This document shows positions 36,674 through 46,762 of a DNA stretch of 64,000 nucleotides, piece after piece. The DNA is taken from the NCBI GenBank assembly GCA_036504215.1, contig DASXVO010000076.1:35079-99078 (forward strand). Direction: 5' to 3'. This DNA is from Vicinamibacterales bacterium. GTDB lineage: Bacteria > Acidobacteriota > Vicinamibacteria > Vicinamibacterales > Fen-181. The translations under genes and the position numbers were made by a program. Under the pieces are notes generated by a model. It had not been told where the DNA came from. It worked only from the letters and a program-made list of their open reading frames with translations, and did no database searches. Position 1 is the first letter of the stretch; the number at the start of each line of letters is the position of its first letter.

Positions 36674-37426
36674 CTACTTCTTCTCGACGATCTCCACCGG
36701 GATCGTGACCTTGAACCGCAGCAGGCTCCGAGCAGGTATCCGGGCCGGCTGCCCCCTGGTGCCGAGAACCAGCGCGGTCCCCCCGGCCCCGCCCGCTGCC
36801 GCGCCGATCGCCGCACCCTTGCCGCCGCCGGCGACCGCCCCGATCGCCGCCCCGATGCCCGCGGTGATGCCGATCGTCTTCGCGTCCTTGCCCTTCGTGG
36901 AGCGGGCCACGGTTGCGTCCACGGCGGTCGTGAGCGGGATGCGCTGGCCGTCGGACAGGGTGAGCGCGGTGACAGCCACCTCGAGTTCCGCCCGCCCCTT
37001 CACGCGCCCTCCCTTGGTGGACGCGACGACGAGCCCTTCGACCTCGGCACCCGATTTCGCGACAACCCAGTCGCCGTCCACCAGGGGCTCGGCGAGTGAG
37101 GCGACGAACTGGTCCCCGGCGGCCTGGCTGTCTGTCGACAGCGTGGAGGTGGTCCGGATGGCCAGCACCGTCCCCGCCGCCAGCGTGAACCTGCGCGGGG
37201 GCGGCGCGATGGGCTTGGCGGGTGCCGGACTGTCCGTCGCGGCAGCCGTCGCGGCCGGCGCAGCAGCCGGCGCAGCACCCGGCGCGGCCGCAGGCGCCGC
37301 CGTCGCAGCCGGCGTCGCCGCTCTCTCCTGACCGGACTTCGAGCACGCAGCAGTCGCAAGGACTCCAAACGCGAACGGAGTGGCACAGCACGTGAGCATC
37401 ACGACTCGGCCGAGCGTGTGGCGCAT
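36674..37426 (-). CDS. Hypothetical lipoprotein with Ala/Pro-rich linker and Gly-zipper C-terminus
   Basis: '...FGVLATAACSKSG' is lipobox-like. Long AP-rich linker. 'GITAGIGAAIGAVAGGGKGAAIGAAAGGAGG' is a glycine-zipper-like stretch. Confidence 0.5.
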   Translation of the reverse strand: MRHTLGRVVMLTCCATPFAFGVLATAACSKSGQERAATPAATAAPAAAPGAAPAAAPAATAAATDSPAPAKPIAPPPRRFTLAAGTVLAIRTTSTLSTDSQAAGDQFVASLAEPLVDGDWVVAKSGAEVEGLVVASTKGGRVKGRAELEVAVTALTLSDGQRIPLTTAVDATVARSTKGKDAKTIGITAGIGAAIGAVAGGGKGAAIGAAAGGAGGTALVLGTRGQPARIPARSLLRFKVTIPVEIVEKK

Positions 37427-37596
37427 GAGGACCTCCGGATTCGATGCCTGCTCACCGGCAGCTCGAGCGTTCGAGCAATTTCCGGCGAGTCGCTACCTGA
37501 CAACTGTAGCGCCGGAACGATGGAGACCGCTATCGTGCTGATTCCGAGCGGCTGGCTCGGCGATGGTTGTGCCGCGGCGATCGGCCCCGGCGGCGC

Positions 37597-38250
37597 CTAG
37601 CGCGAGCCTGCGTTCGGCTTGAGATAGTCGGGATAGAGCTTCTCCGCGCAGGACGGACAGAGTCCGTGCGTGAAATCCGCTTCGGAGTGCTGCCGAATGT
37701 AGGATTCGATCTGCGTCCAGTAGCCGTGGTCGTCGCGGATCTTCTTGCAACTGGCGCAGATGGGCAGGAGGCCCGATAGCGTCCGTATCTTCGCCAGGGC
37801 CTCGGTCAGTTCCGCGATCAGCTTCTGCTGTTCCTCTTCGGCACGCTTCCGCTCGGTGATGTTCTTGGAGATGCAGATCACCGAGGCGACGGTGCCGCGT
37901 TCGTCCACCACGGGTTTGACGGACGTGATGAAGAAGAGGTCGCCCGTCGGCAGCGGAACCTTGACGTCGAAGACGATTGTCTCCCTGGTGGCAAACGCCT
38001 GCCTGACGACGGTCATCCGCTTGTCCGCTTCCTCCGGCGAGAACACATCGTAGATCTTCCTGCCGATGATCTCGGCTGGGATCTTCCCGAAGGGGTTCGA
38101 GAACGCGTTGTTCACGTAACGGTACGTGCCGTCCTCGAGAATGCTGAAGATGGGGTCGGTCGACTCGTCGAGCACAATTTGGAGGATACCAAGCTTGTTG
38201 CGGAGGGTCGTGAGCTCTCCCCTCAGGCGGGCGGCGGCTTGGTCGGTCAT
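37597..38250 (-). CDS. PAS domain protein with C-terminal four-Cys module
   Basis: PAS block 'DPIFSILEDGTYRYVNNAFSNPFG...' and a coiled linker. C-terminus 'LPICASCKKIRDDHGYWTQIESYIRQHSEADFTHGLCPSCAEKLY'. Confidence 0.75.
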   Translation of the reverse strand: MTDQAAARLRGELTTLRNKLGILQIVLDESTDPIFSILEDGTYRYVNNAFSNPFGKIPAEIIGRKIYDVFSPEEADKRMTVVRQAFATRETIVFDVKVPLPTGDLFFITSVKPVVDERGTVASVICISKNITERKRAEEEQQKLIAELTEALAKIRTLSGLLPICASCKKIRDDHGYWTQIESYIRQHSEADFTHGLCPSCAEKLYPDYLKPNAGSR

Positions 38251-38460
38251 GTTCTCACGGTCTCCTCTGACTGGACGGCCTCACGGCTGCTGTGCGACGT
38301 CGTACATCGCGTGGATCGTGAATCGCGGCGCCGGCCAGTATAGCGGGTTTCTCGGACGCCGTGGTGAGGTCGTCCCGCCGCCGCGGGGTTTGATGTAGAC
38401 TGACACCGGCCTGTCGTGATCCCCGCGACGCACCCGACTGCCCCGCCACGGAGTTGCCTC

Positions 38461-40416
38461 ATGCACAGCCCGATTCGCCTGCTGGCCGCCGCGGCCACTC
38501 TCGCCACCCTCATTGCCGCCACGAGCACGGTGCTCGCGCAGCGCGGCGCCCTCACGCCGGAGCAGACCACGGCTCGCTGGGAGGCCGAGAAGCAGCTGCA
38601 GTCGGCCGCCGTCGTCGATCGCAAGGTGATGATTCGGATGCGCGACGGCATCCGGTTGGCGACCGACATCTACCGGCCGAAGGATGCCTCGGGGAAGGTC
38701 CCGACGATCTGGGTCAGGACGCCTTACAACTTCAACTACTGGGACGTCCGCAACGGCGTGCCGGCGGACATGACGGCGGCCCTGACCGCGGTGAAGCGCG
38801 GCTACGCCTACGTCATTCAGAACGAGCGCGGCCACTTCTTCTCGGAGGGGAACTACGACATCCTCGACTCGGTCCGTACCGACGGCGACGACACGCTCAA
38901 CTGGATCTCGGCGCAGGCCTGGTCGAACGGCAAGGTGGGCACGACCGGGTGCTCGTCCACCGCCGAGTACCAGATGGGGGTCGCCGCGCTCGGCAACCCG
39001 GCGTACGCGGCGATGAACGTCCAGGGGTTTGGAGCCGGCGTCGGGCGGGTCGGGCCGTACTACGAGCAGGGCAACTGGTACCGCGGCGGCGCGGTGCAGA
39101 CGATGTTCATCGCATGGCTCTACGGCCAGCAGAACCAGGTGCGCCCGATGTTTCCGGCCGGCGCGTCCCAGGAGGATCTCCTCCGCGCCTCGAAGTGGTT
39201 CGACCTCGCACCGCAGATGACGCCGGTGGACTGGTCCAAGGCTCTGTGGTACCTGCCGGTCCGGGACATCTACAAGGCGGTGGACGGCCCGCACGGGATC
39301 TTCGCCGACACCATGCCGGTGCCGACCGGCGGCCGGATGATCGAGCGCACGCCGAACGACCCGGCCTGGTACAAGGGCGGCCTGTACCACGACGACATGC
39401 CGCTCGACGTGCCTGGCCTCTGGTTCATGTCGTGGTACGACGTGTCGGTCGGTCCGAACCTCGCGCTCTACAACCACGTCCGCAAGACGGCGAAGGGCGC
39501 CGCTGCCGGCGAGCAGTGGGCGGTGATTGCGCCCGTCACGCACTGCGGCTACACCCGCACCCCCGAGAATCTCATCGTCGGCGAGCGGCCCATGGGCGAC
39601 GCCCGTCTCGACTACAACGAGATCGTCTACGGGTTCTTCGACCGTTTCCTGAAGGGCGCGGCGAACGACGCCATCGACAAGCTGGCGAAGGTCACCTACT
39701 TCACGATGGGCCTCAATAAGTGGCAGACATCGGAGACCTGGCCGCCCAGGGGCGCGCAGCCGCAGACGTTCTTCCTGTCGAGCGGCGGCAAGGCGAACAC
39801 GATGAGCGGCGATGGCACGCTCGTGGCGGCGCCGCCCGCGGCGGACATGCCGGATGCGTTCACCTACGATCCCGGGAACCCGGTGACCTCGTACGGCGGC
39901 AACGTCTGCTGCACCGGCACGGCGATCGAGGCCGGCGCCTTCGATCAGCGCAAGATGGAGACGCGGCCCGACATCCTCGTCTACACGTCGGAGCCGTTCA
40001 AGGAGGCGATCGAGGTGAGCGGGCCGATCGTACCGACGCTGTACGTGTCGTCGGACGTGAAGGATACGGACTTCACGGTGAAGGTGATTGACGTCTACCC
40101 GGACGGCCGCGCGTACAACCTGGACGAGTCGATCCAGCGCATGCGCTACCGTGACGGTTACGACAAGCCGCTCGTGTGGATGGAGCCCGGCAAAGTGTAC
40201 AAGGTCACGCTCCAGCCGCTGACGACGAGCAACTATTTCGAGGCGGGGCATCGACTCCGGATCGAGGTGTCGAGCAGCAACTTCCCGCGATTCGACCGCA
40301 ACCTGAACACCGGCGGCAACAACTACGACGAGGCCAAGGGGGTGGTCGCCCACAGCGCGGTGCACCACTCGAAGCAGTTCCCGTCACAAGTCACCGTCAC
40401 GATCGTGAAACGCTGA
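38461..40416 (+). CDS. CocE/NonD family hydrolase (S15 X-Pro dipeptidyl-peptidase-like)
   Basis: Start at ATG 38461 with a signal peptide. '[16 protein letters not shown]...[11 protein letters not shown]', nucleophile region '[15 protein letters not shown]', and a C-terminal jelly-roll '[22 protein letters not shown]' typical of the family. Confidence 0.8.
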   Translation: MHSPIRLLAAAATLATLIAATSTVLAQRGALTPEQTTARWEAEKQLQSAAVVDRKVMIRMRDGIRLATDIYRPKDASGKVPTIWVRTPYNFNYWDVRNGVPADMTAALTAVKRGYAYVIQNERGHFFSEGNYDILDSVRTDGDDTLNWISAQAWSNGKVGTTGCSSTAEYQMGVAALGNPAYAAMNVQGFGAGVGRVGPYYEQGNWYRGGAVQTMFIAWLYGQQNQVRPMFPAGASQEDLLRASKWFDLAPQMTPVDWSKALWYLPVRDIYKAVDGPHGIFADTMPVPTGGRMIERTPNDPAWYKGGLYHDDMPLDVPGLWFMSWYDVSVGPNLALYNHVRKTAKGAAAGEQWAVIAPVTHCGYTRTPENLIVGERPMGDARLDYNEIVYGFFDRFLKGAANDAIDKLAKVTYFTMGLNKWQTSETWPPRGAQPQTFFLSSGGKANTMSGDGTLVAAPPAADMPDAFTYDPGNPVTSYGGNVCCTGTAIEAGAFDQRKMETRPDILVYTSEPFKEAIEVSGPIVPTLYVSSDVKDTDFTVKVIDVYPDGRAYNLDESIQRMRYRDGYDKPLVWMEPGKVYKVTLQPLTTSNYFEAGHRLRIEVSSSNFPRFDRNLNTGGNNYDEAKGVVAHSAVHHSKQFPSQVTVTIVKR

Positions 40417-40422
40417 CGGAGC

Positions 40423-40446
40423 GCTGGCCGGCCTCCGCCGGCCAGC
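40423..40446. terminator. GC-rich hairpin between convergent genes (possible bidirectional terminator)
   Basis: GCTGGCCGG-cctccg-CCGGCCAGC: a perfect 9-bp stem with a 6-nt loop, 7 nt after the CocE-like gene stop. No U-tract. Confidence 0.35.
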
Positions 40447-40539
40447 TCAGCCCGCCTCGTGCGAGGCGACCATCATTCGGTGACCTTGCCGTGACAGGCC
40501 GCCCCGCCTGCGCCTGTCTGGCGGCTTGCCAGTCGCCTG

Positions 40540-41346
40540 CTACCGGGCGCGGCGCTGCCGCAACCTGGCCACCAGTCCGACAACGCCGGCACCGAGCAGA
40601 AGCAGGCTGGCAGGCTCTGGAACCACGGCCAGATTGCTGCCGCTGGCTGGCGCGTTCGCGAGGTCCTCCCAGGAGTCGATGTTGTCGCCAGTGGTCACGA
40701 ACAGCGAGCCGTCCGGAAGCACCGTGGCCCACGGGTCGGTTGCCGTCGTCGGCACCTCGATCGACAAGCGGTAGTTCCACGTACCGGCCTTGAAGCCTCC
40801 CGCCACCGACCACAGGTCGCCGTCGCCCGGGCTATCCGGGTAGTGCGAGTTCAAGCCGATGGCCCAGTATGGATGCGTCACGGTCCCTTGGCGCTGCCTG
40901 AGGTAGTCCCACGAGTAGTTCTGGGTGACGTCGGTCTCACGGTACTCCCATGTCGGCTGGTCCAGAATCGATACGCCAGGCGCCCACACCTGCCACCAGA
41001 GGCGCGGGAAGTACTTCTGACCGTCCGCCGCCGTGATCATGTCCGTCGCCTCGAGTGACTTGAGGTCCACGCCCGCGCCAACATAGACCTTGTCAGCGGC
41101 TGTGAACGTCGTGTTCGGGACTCCGGAACCCAGCCGGGCGTAGGCCTGGAAGAACGGCAGAGGATTTCCATATGGCGTTGGACTGCCCGACCGGTCGTCG
41201 TACAAGACAACGGGCACTTTCCCGACATCGCCTGGTCCGCCGTAGAACAGGGGATTGTTCGAGCACGTGATGAGGTCGGCCGTGGCTCGACTGGCGCCGC
41301 AGACGATCACCAGGAAGACCAGACAGAACGATGCGAGATGCTTCAT
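40540..41346 (-). CDS. PEP-CTERM sorting domain-containing secreted protein
   Basis: Start at ATG 41346 with signal peptide 'MKHLASFCLVFLVIVCGASRATA'. C-terminus 'VPEPASLLLLGAGVVGLVARLRQRRAR' is a canonical PEP-CTERM anchor. Confidence 0.8.
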   Translation of the reverse strand: MKHLASFCLVFLVIVCGASRATADLITCSNNPLFYGGPGDVGKVPVVLYDDRSGSPTPYGNPLPFFQAYARLGSGVPNTTFTAADKVYVGAGVDLKSLEATDMITAADGQKYFPRLWWQVWAPGVSILDQPTWEYRETDVTQNYSWDYLRQRQGTVTHPYWAIGLNSHYPDSPGDGDLWSVAGGFKAGTWNYRLSIEVPTTATDPWATVLPDGSLFVTTGDNIDSWEDLANAPASGSNLAVVPEPASLLLLGAGVVGLVARLRQRRAR

Positions 41347-41747
41347 ATGAGCGCCCCTTCGGTTCCGGGTTGATGTGACGAGCTCGATTCTCGCGGCCCT
41401 GCCTGGCCGGTCCGACCCGTCGCTGGCGCCGCGCGCCGCCGGCACTACTCGAACACCGGAATCGTCACCCCTCCGAAAGGCCTGCCTCCAGCCGAGGGCT
41501 TGGATCCCGTTTTCCAGAGCGAGATTCGACGGTAGTGATATATGCGCCAGAAGGCGCGGCATCAAGACCGCAGGGGTATCCAGGGTGTGACTAACATCGC
41601 TAACACACCAGCTACCAGGTTGTTGCGAGATTCGGCGCGGCGGACGAAAGAAGTCGCGGCCGCCGGCTCAGCGCAGTCGGGCCGGCTCGCGTGCCACGGC
41701 ACCAGGATTTGAGGCTGGGAAGGGGTTCGAGGCTCGGGTTTCGTGGT

Positions 41748-43676
41748 TCACTTGGCGGTGCGGAGGTTCGGAAGGCCGATGGTCTCGAGGAGGTGGATGA
41801 ATCGAGGCTGGGCGCGGAGTTCGTCGAGCGCCGGGTCGACACCCATGTAGGCAACGTCGGCATCGTACCGCTTGACGGCCTTTTCCAGCGCATCGATCGC
41901 CCGGTCGTGCTCCCGCAGTCCCGACAGGATGTATGCCACGTGGGCGTAGGAGACCGCCGATTGGTCCGGCGAATCCGTCAGTTCTCTCAGCAGCGCGTTG
42001 GCCTCGGCGTGGTTGCCCGAACGCGCGTAGTCGTGCCCGAGATGGCCGATCAGGTAAGAGAACCGCTCGGACATCGAGATGGCCCGCTGGAACTCCGGGA
42101 TCGACTCGGTCCATCTCCCTCGGGAGGAGTAGCAGCAGCCGAGCAACGCGTGTGCGGGAGAGAAGCTCGGGTCCGCGGTCAGCGCCTGCCGGGCCAGTTC
42201 GATGGATTCGTCGCACCTGCCGCCAATGTACAGGATCACGCCGAGGTCGTTGCTGATGCCGACCGACAGCGGGTCGAGTTCGATGGCCGTTCGCGCATGC
42301 TGGATCGCCTCGTCGAAACGACCCCTGGAAATCAGCGCCGTGGCGTATCGCTGGCGGGTCTTGTAGTAGCTCGGGTTCAGCCTCAGGGCACGCTGGAACG
42401 TCCGGTCGGCGGCGTCCCAGTTCCTGTCGAAGTAGAGTTCAACGGTCGCTTGCGCCACGAGCGCCTCGGCCGACTTGCCGTCGAGTTCGAGGGCCCTGGC
42501 CGAAGCGAACTTCGCCCGCCGGATGAAGTCCTCGGGTGCGCTCCCCGACGTCTGGTGGTAGGCCAACATGGCGTTCGTGTCCGCGAGCGCGGCCCATGCG
42601 TCGGCGTACTTGGGATCGACCTTCACCGACTCCTCGAATAGCTCCGCGCTTCTGGGCATCGCATCAGGGCGCACCTGACGCCTCATGTAGCGGCCGGTCC
42701 AATACAGCCTGATTGCCTCGGGGTTCAGCGGCGCTCGGGATGTCGCGACGGTCGGGGGGCTGACTCTCGACTGAAGCGCCCGGCTGATGTTGAGGGCGAT
42801 CTCGTCCTGCACCAGGAAGCTGTCTCGAGCCACGCGGTCGTACCGCTCTGACCACAGTTGATAGCCGTTGGCCGAACCCACCAGTTTGGCCGAGATCCGG
42901 ACGACGCCGCCGGCCCTGGTCACGCTGCCTTCCACGAGCGCATCCACGCGGTACTTTCGGGCCTCGGCCAGCGGATCACGCGCAGCCTTCAGCAGGCGGG
43001 ACGACGTCCGCGCCATCACGCGAACGCCCTCCAGGTTCGCCAGCCTGATCGTCAACTCGTCCACCAGGCCTTCGGAGAACACGGCGTCGTCGGGCGCCTG
43101 GCTCATGCTGTCGAAGGGAAGGACGGCAATGACGAATTCCGCTTGACGTGTTCCGCCCGAGAACCTGACCAGCACGGCCACGAGCGCCGTACAGGCCAGC
43201 ACGATCGCCGCCGTCACCAGCACACGCCGCCGCGTGATGACCGTGGAAGTGGACACATACGGCGGGCTGGCCCCGCTCCCGGCCGGCACCCTGTGATGGA
43301 ACACCGGGGCGTAGCCGCCCTTGGGAAGGTCGATCAGGATGGGATCGGCCCGCCCCTGGGTGTCGTAGTAGTCGCGCAGTTTCACACGAAGCGACCGGGC
43401 AGCCACGCGCACGACGGAATCGACCCGCGGGTCGAAGGAAGAAGGCCGCTCGAAGACCTCGAGCGCGATCGTGTATTCCTTGAGGAGTCCGGCGCGGCCT
43501 TCGACCGATTCCCGCACGAGGAACCGAAGAAACTCGCTGAGGCGTTGCGCTTTCTCGAACGTGTCCGACGCCAGCACCCGCTCGAGTTGTTCCGTGATCG
43601 CGGTGTTGGGAGCCACGGCATCCGCCGGGACGGAGTCCTCGGCGGCCGCGCTTCCTGGAGCGTCACTGTCTCCCAT
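41748..43676 (-). CDS. Winged-helix (CadC/OmpR-C-like) DNA-binding protein with TM segment and C-terminal TPR repeats
   Basis: Start chosen at ATG 43676. 'EFLRFLVRESVEGRAGLLKEYTIALEVFERPSSFDPRVDSVVRVAARSLRVKLRDYY' is wHTH-like. One TM helix (VLVTAAIVLACTALVAVLV), then multiple TPR-like repeats to the end. Confidence 0.7.
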   Translation of the reverse strand: MGDSDAPGSAAAEDSVPADAVAPNTAITEQLERVLASDTFEKAQRLSEFLRFLVRESVEGRAGLLKEYTIALEVFERPSSFDPRVDSVVRVAARSLRVKLRDYYDTQGRADPILIDLPKGGYAPVFHHRVPAGSGASPPYVSTSTVITRRRVLVTAAIVLACTALVAVLVRFSGGTRQAEFVIAVLPFDSMSQAPDDAVFSEGLVDELTIRLANLEGVRVMARTSSRLLKAARDPLAEARKYRVDALVEGSVTRAGGVVRISAKLVGSANGYQLWSERYDRVARDSFLVQDEIALNISRALQSRVSPPTVATSRAPLNPEAIRLYWTGRYMRRQVRPDAMPRSAELFEESVKVDPKYADAWAALADTNAMLAYHQTSGSAPEDFIRRAKFASARALELDGKSAEALVAQATVELYFDRNWDAADRTFQRALRLNPSYYKTRQRYATALISRGRFDEAIQHARTAIELDPLSVGISNDLGVILYIGGRCDESIELARQALTADPSFSPAHALLGCCYSSRGRWTESIPEFQRAISMSERFSYLIGHLGHDYARSGNHAEANALLRELTDSPDQSAVSYAHVAYILSGLREHDRAIDALEKAVKRYDADVAYMGVDPALDELRAQPRFIHLLETIGLPNLRTAK

Positions 43677-43798
43677 TGTCCCGCTTATTATGTCCTCCAC
43701 GTCGTCGGTGTCAACGGACCGTCTCGCGCCGCTCGACAGGTTCTCGTGCCGACCACGAGCTCCAGACCGCTTGGCGGCCACGCTGGGTTGTACGCGCC

Positions 43799-45739
43799 TT
43801 ACTGTATGAGCTTCGTCACCCGCGTGGACCAGTTGCCCAGGCTCGCCCGCGTACCTCCGCAGGTGCCGAACGGGGCAGCCTTGTAGTCCGTGTACGTGCA
43901 GGTCTGCGCGATGTACTCGCTTGCAATCCAGAAGTTGTCGCCGTCCGCGACTGCCGCGCCGTAATCGCCCCAGCGCGGGCGGATGCGCGTTCGGCTGTTC
44001 TGCGAGAGCGGCGCGTAGCCCGAGAAGCCGTCTTGCGGGCCTGCCCCCTCCGCGGCGACGTGCAGGTCGCCGGCGCCGATTTTGGCGTCGAGGCTCACGT
44101 AGCCGGCGCTCGGGTAGTGGTCCGAGCCGACGAGCGTGAACGCCATCACGCCGCGGCCGCTGGAATTGACCGCCACCGCCGGATAGATCGCGTTGTTGTT
44201 CTCGAAACCCACGTAGCCCTGCGCGAACACATGCAGAGAATTGGGATTGAGGACGAAGTACGCGATCCCGGCCTGCTGGTCGGTGCCGTTGATCAGAAGC
44301 CCGGTGTCGAGCGCCCCCCACAGCTTGCCGTTGGCCAGGAAGACTTGCTGCATCCGCGAATCGTTGCTCGGGATCCGCGACTCGACGTTGGTCTGGGTCG
44401 CGGTGGGGGCGACGCCGACCAGGGGAGCGCACGCCGGATCGCCAATGCACTGCGCCAGCGGGATCGACCCGGCCTTCTGCGTCGAACTGCCCGGCACGGC
44501 GTACGGTGTCACCGCCGCGACGCGCGCGCTCAGGACCGGCGCCGGCGTGGCCGTGTCGAGCGACGACGTGTTCGTGATCGACCAGACGCGCAGGCGCGAG
44601 TCGACGCCGGTGTCCTGGAAGACCGCTTCGGAGCTGAGGAAGAACTCGGTGTCGGACTGGAAATCGGCCGCCGTCGGCGACTGGGCCGGCCAGACCGTGA
44701 ATCCCGGCGTGCCATCGAGCTGAACGCCGAGTGCCGGGTTCGTGGTGTCGAAGAGCACCGCGTTGACTGCCGGCGCGTTGGCGGCGAGCTGATGCTTCGA
44801 GAGCGCGTAGATTTGGGCGCCGTGGAAGAACGGACCGGCGAGATCGAATTCGTTCGTGGTGATGTAGAACCCGTTGGCATCCGCGCCGATGTGCGGGTAG
44901 TCACCGAGACATGGCCCATGGACGGTGCTCGTGGGCCCGCCGACGATGCAGTGATGGTCCGGCGTTCCCTGCGTCCCGTCGTTCTGCACCTGGAGCCTGT
45001 AGACCACCCACGACCCGGTCGGGTCGGAGGTTGTGCTCACCGCGATGTCCAGGTGGTTCGCTCCCGACAGCGCCTGCGTGGTCGGCCTCGCGCGGTCGAG
45101 CGTGAGGACGACGTGGAACCAGCGCTGGGTGTCCGTGTCGAAATAGCAGCTCGGGTCGGTCACCGAGGGGCCGAATTGCAGCGGCGACACCTGACGGTTT
45201 ATCGCGGGCGCGTACCCGTAGAACGAGTTCAGATCGACCACGCCGGTCAGCGCGCCACCGTTCGCGTCGTGCACGCGGAGGACGTCATTCGCCGACTCCA
45301 GCACGAACCCGTTGCCCGCGCAGAGCCCCTGGTCCGGCGGCTCGACCGAGAACTGGTTGCCGTGGTTCGCGAATCGCTGGTTGTTGAAGTTCAGCCCCTC
45401 GAAGCTCGCGACGAGTTTCGGGTTGGACTTGGCCCGCGTTCGGCCCGTCGCGCGCGGTCCGGTTCCCCCGGCGGCCGCGATCGTGCGATTGATCCCGGCG
45501 AAGCCATCGCCGGCGCCGCCGTCCACGTCGCCTCCGAGCGTGCTGAGGTCCACCTCAGGATCTTGCGTGGCGTCGCCGCCGGTCCCGACCGTCGGAATCG
45601 GCGCAGCGCTCGACGCGCTGATCGGAATCACTGTGAAGGTCGGTGCTGCCGCCAGCACCGGTTTGGTACCGATATCGAGCTGAAAGGCGGCCACTGCGAG
45701 CGCCGCAGCAACGAGACAGGAGATCGTCACCTTCTTCAT
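43799..45739 (-). CDS. Secreted hypothetical protein (646 aa, possibly beta-propeller-like)
   Basis: Start at ATG 45739 with a GGGGAGA Shine-Dalgarno sequence and signal peptide 'MKKVTISCLVAAALAVAAFQ'. Protein-like composition. 'RPRWGDYGAAV' and 'CLGDYPHIGADANGFY' motifs recall sialidase/BNR-type propellers, but no family was confidently recognised. Confidence 0.6.
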   Translation of the reverse strand: MKKVTISCLVAAALAVAAFQLDIGTKPVLAAAPTFTVIPISASSAAPIPTVGTGGDATQDPEVDLSTLGGDVDGGAGDGFAGINRTIAAAGGTGPRATGRTRAKSNPKLVASFEGLNFNNQRFANHGNQFSVEPPDQGLCAGNGFVLESANDVLRVHDANGGALTGVVDLNSFYGYAPAINRQVSPLQFGPSVTDPSCYFDTDTQRWFHVVLTLDRARPTTQALSGANHLDIAVSTTSDPTGSWVVYRLQVQNDGTQGTPDHHCIVGGPTSTVHGPCLGDYPHIGADANGFYITTNEFDLAGPFFHGAQIYALSKHQLAANAPAVNAVLFDTTNPALGVQLDGTPGFTVWPAQSPTAADFQSDTEFFLSSEAVFQDTGVDSRLRVWSITNTSSLDTATPAPVLSARVAAVTPYAVPGSSTQKAGSIPLAQCIGDPACAPLVGVAPTATQTNVESRIPSNDSRMQQVFLANGKLWGALDTGLLINGTDQQAGIAYFVLNPNSLHVFAQGYVGFENNNAIYPAVAVNSSGRGVMAFTLVGSDHYPSAGYVSLDAKIGAGDLHVAAEGAGPQDGFSGYAPLSQNSRTRIRPRWGDYGAAVADGDNFWIASEYIAQTCTYTDYKAAPFGTCGGTRASLGNWSTRVTKLIQ

Positions 45740-46176
45740 CGGATATCTCCCCAAAACGGTCCGCTGGACGCGGAGTTGAACTGTACGGGTGGAAGAATCC
45801 ACTCTATGAAGGGCGGAGAGGCGCCGTCAAGTAGTTCCGTGCAGCTCAGGTGGGGAGGTCGTCCAGGGGCGCCGGGTGATCGGTGCAACGCACGAGGTTC
45901 GCGGCAGACCCGTGCGGTCGCGGCGTGCCGTGCTTCGATGAGCCCCTTGCCCGCACCGCCCGTCGGGCTGATCTCCCTCTCGAGGTTGGCCTCCTCCACG
46001 CGCGCGACCTGCTCCGTGCGTGCGCCGGCGATGGCCGAGAACGGCTTCCCGGGCTTCCAGGTTCCAGGCGAATCGGGCAGGGAGCGGGACTGCGACCGCG
46101 CAGGTGCGGAGGCGGCGCCCATTGCGAGGCCGAGCAGGGCCACTCCGAGTGACCGTCTGACAGGGGCTGTATGCAC
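45736..46176 (-). CDS. Possible small secreted protein translationally coupled to the 646-aa gene
   Basis: GTG start, signal-like N-terminus 'HTAPVRRSLGVALLGLAMGAASAPA'. The first ~95 codons have strong G/C third-position bias. The stop overlaps the downstream ATG (ATGA at 45736-45739). The last ~45 codons look non-coding in composition, so the call is weak. Confidence 0.3.
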   Translation of the reverse strand: MHTAPVRRSLGVALLGLAMGAASAPARSQSRSLPDSPGTWKPGKPFSAIAGARTEQVARVEEANLEREISPTGGAGKGLIEARHAATARVCREPRALHRSPGAPGRPPHLSCTELLDGASPPFIEWILPPVQFNSASSGPFWGDIR

Positions 46177-46413
46177 GGCGAAGTGTCCTGCGGCGATAGT
46201 CTCGGCACCGACGTCTTTCCGAAGTTGAAGATCCTGGCGACGGGTTCATCGACGCTCACCGCCAGCAAGAAGTTCCGCGACAGGTTGACGGGGCGGAAGC
46301 GGTCGGTCCACTTGCTGCCTGTCCTGTGGGAGGAACTCCCGGCGTTCGGCGTGACGCTGAACGATCGGCTCTTCCGCGGCGGCCTGCCGCCGGCTGTGTC
46401 TGCCCACACGTGA
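46171..46413 (+). pseudogene. Fragment of an AAA_14/DUF4143-type ATPase (COG1373 family)
   Basis: 'KLKILATGSSTLTASKKFRDRLTGRKRSVHLLPVLWEEL...RGGLPP' matches only the central block of that ~400-aa family (TGSS...L.GR....L.P....E...GG.P). Walker A and the DUF4143 C-terminal half are absent. Confidence 0.5.
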
Positions 46414-46560
46414 TCCCGAGCGAGCGCCCGCAACGACTTGTTTCGCACACATTCGCACACGCTTCAGCGCGGCGTTCCTGTCCATCTCGGCCCGCGGCTC
46501 GGCTCCAAGCCCACACCCAGGTCGCTGAGATCCTCGGGATCACGCCGGCGTCACCGTGCG

Positions 46561-46588
46561 TCGACGCGCGGGCGGGTCGGGCTATAAT
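46561..46588 (+). promoter_or_regulatory. Candidate sigma70-type promoter upstream of the ATPase module
   Basis: TCGACG, a 16-nt spacer, then a perfect TATAAT at 46583-46588, about 175 nt upstream of ATG 46763. A perfect TATAAT is conspicuous in this GC-rich sequence. Confidence 0.3.
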
Positions 46589-46762
46589 CCGCGTGTCGCT
46601 TGGGTTTGCTCTGTGTTTCCCGAGCATGGCGTTTGTCGGGTGCTTGCCGACGGGAATTGCGCCCTTCTCGGGGATGCACGCTCTCACTGGCTGAACGACT
46701 GGCCAGCCAGCGCGTGCGGCAAGAGAGCCCATTATTGACGCGCTGTCCGCGGCATCGAAACC

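Noticed and set aside
38281-40368. 695-aa ORF on the minus strand
   Set aside because: It is exactly antisense to the well-supported CocE/NonD hydrolase gene. The translation is Arg/His/Val/Asp-rich with no motifs, which is typical of a shadow ORF in GC-rich DNA.
46326-46694. 122-aa plus-strand ORF containing 'VAEILGITPASP', as a possible continuation of the DUF4143 ATPase fragment
   Set aside because: The resemblance to the HTH part of DUF4143 proteins is too weak and the frame differs from the 46171-46413 fragment. It cannot be supported without a search.
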